36,119 nucleotides of DNA from positions 1-36,119 of the IMG/VR virus record IMGVR_UViG_3300032257_000061. The stretch is one strand, 5' to 3'. The DNA comes from a virus (Duplodnaviria > Caudoviricetes). Under the pieces are notes generated by a model, which saw only the letters and a list, made by a program, of their open reading frames with translations, was not told the DNA's origin and did no database searches. Positions 34,068-36,119 of the stretch are shown here, piece after piece. The translations under genes and the position numbers were made by a program. Position 1 is the first letter of the stretch; every line of letters begins with the position of its first letter.

Positions 34068-34271
34068 TTATTGGTTAGGCTCTTTCTGTTCTATCACTTC
34101 TGTTTTAACAGGGAAAATATTGCCTCCGCATCCAAACCCGTACTTTTCAAGCGATCTACATACGCTTTCTGCTTCTGCTCGTGAGCGATGCGTGTCTGTG
34201 CTTGAGCATTCTGTATTGCCTAAACTTAATCCTGCATCTTTAGGCCAGTATGCTTTTGATATGTATTTCAT
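34068..34271 (-). CDS. Hypothetical protein
   Basis: AGGAG RBS region; operon context. Confidence 0.6.
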   Translation of the reverse strand: MKYISKAYWPKDAGLSLGNTECSSTDTHRSRAEAESVCRSLEKYGFGCGGNIFPVKTEVIEQKEPNQ

Positions 34272-34423
34272 CCTATTCTCTCCTAGTGAGTGGCTAGCTA
34301 CGCATTAATATAATGCAAATATCATCTAATAGTTTCATTCTAAGCTCATTAGAGATAACGCCTAGCTGGTAGTAATTCTCGACTTCTTCATATTCCCATT
34401 CAGCTATACTCATATCCATTCCT

Positions 34424-34531
34424 CTATACCGCCTGCTCTAAAAAGTAATAACACTCACCCGCTAAGAAGCTGAAATAAGCCTCAAATTCTGACTGGGTTA
34501 GGTCGTCTGGTTGTAGTATTTCTAGTTTCAT
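34424..34531 (-). CDS. Small, possibly leaderless ORF (35 aa, not in ORF track)
   Basis: MKLEILQPDDLTQSEFEAYF...EQAV*; TATACT lies 7 nt before the ATG and there is no SD. Confidence 0.4.
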   Translation of the reverse strand: MKLEILQPDDLTQSEFEAYFSFLAGECYYFLEQAV

Positions 34532-34598
34532 GTTGTTTAGTATAGTTAAGCGTGATTATTTAGCTAATACCGATTACTTATGGGCTTATAAGGTGGCT

Positions 34599-34934
34599 TT
34601 ATGTACATATTGGAGCCAGTTTCGCCTCTGCTCTTCGCGTGCTTGCCTCGGTTCTTCTCGCATCAGCTAAAGCCTGCATTGATTTGTATATAACTTCCGC
34701 ATGTAAATAGGCTTTTCTAGCCTCTCCAAGGCCTTTTAAGTGTGCTTTGTAGTAACTATCAGCCTTTGCCATTTCAGTGCGCTCTGCCATGCTTTTAGCG
34801 TCTGTATTGACAATAACGTCGGCTAATACGGTTTTCGTCATATCGTCAAGCAGCATAAAGGCAGATTTCTTATCCGCCCAATCTGCGCCAGTTTCAATAA
34901 GCTTGTTATAAATAAGATTAGGGTCGTAACTCAT
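34599..34934 (-). CDS. Helical hypothetical protein
   Basis: GAGGGTG RBS; amphipathic helical sequence. Confidence 0.65.
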   Translation of the reverse strand: MSYDPNLIYNKLIETGADWADKKSAFMLLDDMTKTVLADVIVNTDAKSMAERTEMAKADSYYKAHLKGLGEARKAYLHAEVIYKSMQALADARRTEASTRRAEAKLAPICT

Positions 34935-35091
34935 TTTGATTCACCCTCTAGCTTTTTAACCATCCTTTCGACTTCATCAGCTTCATGCTGCTTTACTTGA
35001 TTATCAGCGTAAATTTCTGCCTCCCTTACAGATAGCTTCTTTTCCTTTCTAGCCCATCTGTAAGCTGAATCATAAATAACTGTTAAGTTAC

Positions 35092-35400
35092 TCATTTTGG
35101 CAATTCTCCTGTTTCTAATTCTACTGATTGAGCGGCAATATAAGCCTCTGTATCTTCAAATAGCTGATGACCTAGCTTATAAAATACAGCTAATTGGCTG
35201 CTTCTGTTTTTCTCGCACTTCTTAGCCGCTCTAAGCAACGCTAGAAGCTCATTAGATACATTCTCATAGATAGCCTTTCTGATCGTTTCGTCGCACAACC
35301 AGAGCGCTTTATCACATTCGTCTATTCTGTTTTTCAATTCTTCGGCTGCTGTCATTTCTATTACTGCCTTGCTAGTCATATTCTTATCCTTTTGGCTCAT
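35092..35400 (-). CDS. Hypothetical protein
   Basis: Operon context; true start may be the second Met (MTSK). Confidence 0.6.
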   Translation of the reverse strand: MSQKDKNMTSKAVIEMTAAEELKNRIDECDKALWLCDETIRKAIYENVSNELLALLRAAKKCEKNRSSQLAVFYKLGHQLFEDTEAYIAAQSVELETGELPK

Positions 35401-35572
35401 GTAATACTGATCTATTTGGTAATACCTGACTTTCTAATGCAGTTTTAAGCATCTTCAAATACTCGTCTTTAGACAATCCAGTAGGGAAGCAAATATCACC
35501 CTTTAAATAACCGTTATAAGCAATATCATCAGCTTCTTCTTTGCTTGGTGCTGGCTGGTTATATTCAAACAT
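35384..35572 (-). CDS. Hypothetical protein
   Basis: TAATG coupling with the upstream gene. Confidence 0.6.
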   Translation of the reverse strand: MFEYNQPAPSKEEADDIAYNGYLKGDICFPTGLSKDEYLKMLKTALESQVLPNRSVLHEPKG

Positions 35573-35823
35573 TATTTATTCCCCTTGCAAGTATTATAAA
35601 TCTCAATCAATTCATCTTCTAAAGCGTGTATTTCATTAAGCGCGTGAATACCATCTGTGTAGCAAGTCAAATCATCGAAATCTTCTGGCAAATCTTTGTT
35701 CTTGTACACGTTCACAGTAATGTTGCTAATTCCCGTGTCATATACAGCGTATATAACAAAGTCTTTTGAACTTAATGCGGCTATGGTTTCAAATAAACCA
35801 GCTATTGCTCTTTGTAATCTCAT
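35572..35823 (-). CDS. Hypothetical protein, first gene of the - strand early operon (start moved to 35823)
   Basis: GGAG RBS before ATG 35823 (MRLQRAI). Confidence 0.6.
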   Translation of the reverse strand: MRLQRAIAGLFETIAALSSKDFVIYAVYDTGISNITVNVYKNKDLPEDFDDLTCYTDGIHALNEIHALEDELIEIYNTCKGNK

Positions 35824-35849
35824 TGTCTGCGCTCCGTTTCGTTGAATAG

Positions 35850-35858
35850 ATATTAGCA
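35850..35858 (-). promoter_or_regulatory. Putative extended -10 promoter
   Basis: TGCTAATAT about 26 nt upstream of ATG 35823. Confidence 0.4.
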
Positions 35859-35920
35859 AAGGGAATAATAAAAGCGAGTCGAAATATTTTATAGGGTATA
35901 AGTGGAATTTATAGTCAGGC

Positions 35921-35949
35921 AAAAAGAAGGCCTAACCGAAGTTAAGCCT
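35921..35949 (-). terminator. Rho-independent terminator
   Basis: AGGCTTAAC-TTCG-GTTAGGCCT (9-bp stem, cUUCGg loop) followed by TCTTTTT. Confidence 0.85.
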
Positions 35950-35958
35950 AAATTATCC

Positions 35959-35987
35959 TTGAGTTGGGGAGCGTCAAGGTTTATTAT
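35959..35987 (+). promoter_or_regulatory. Putative promoter for the + strand early operon
   Basis: TTGAGT-17 nt-TATTAT; reads across the circular junction toward the gene at 155. Confidence 0.55.
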
Positions 35988-35992
35988 GTTTA

Positions 35993-36119
35993 CATTGATT
36001 AGGTTTGCGAAGCCTGATTAAGCAGTAAGACAGATTAGAGATTTACGACTCAACCGCTCTATGAGCAACCAATGTAAGTATCTTATCTAAATTACCGTTT
36101 AATCACAAGTATTCCTAGT
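35993..36119. repeat. Terminal direct repeat, right copy
   Basis: Identical to 1-127. Confidence 0.97.
36080..36108 (-). promoter_or_regulatory. Putative promoter for the candidate ncRNA (also at 88-116)
   Basis: TTGTGA-17 nt-TAAGAT. Confidence 0.55.

Larger units (their letters stand above)
35921..36077 (-). ncRNA. Candidate structured non-coding RNA (~155 nt)
   Basis: Bounded by a promoter (36080-36108) and a terminator; no ATG-initiated ORF (its only ATG is followed by TAA); an 11-bp closing stem encloses three small hairpins. Confidence 0.5.

Noticed and set aside
35824-35922. N-terminal extension of the 35572 ORF
   Set aside because: It covers promoter-like sequence next to the terminator; the RBS supports ATG 35823.
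35997-36070. Canonical tRNA gene
   Set aside because: Cloverleaf-like, but it lacks a proper D loop, a 7-nt anticodon loop with U33, the GTTCRA T loop and CCA.
35993-36119. 127-bp terminal repeat as a true physical genome end
   Set aside because: The length equals a standard assembler k-mer, so it is best read as a circular overlap. Real termini need read-level analysis.

Overview
The window is an apparently complete genome of a tailed dsDNA phage with siphovirus-type gene order. Bases 1-127 repeat exactly at 35993-36119, so the unique circular length is 35,992 bp. A + strand arm (155-~6700) carries small early/accessory genes: a Cys-rich protein, a stand-alone CapW/BrxR-like winged-helix domain, NinG, RecT, MazG-like and Lar-like proteins. 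A long - strand arm runs from early/replication genes through an endonuclease-methyltransferase locus, YopX, terminase, portal, head and tail genes, an SGNH-esterase tail appendage and a lysis region. I found no integrase, CI-type repressor, canonical tRNA or CRISPR array. The most unusual observations are: (1) a PD-(D/E)XK homing-type endonuclease lying between an orphan methyltransferase 5' stub that stops exactly before DPPY and an intact methyltransferase with a recoded copy of that N-terminus; (2) a sensor-less CapW-like wHTH as a possible anti-defence repressor; (3) symmetric face-to-face promoters with a terminated, structured ~155-nt non-coding RNA at the junction of the two arms; (4) a pseudoknot/attenuator-like leader before the replication initiator; (5) unannotated small ORFs in the lysis region. 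All family assignments come from motif recognition by eye, not from database searches.
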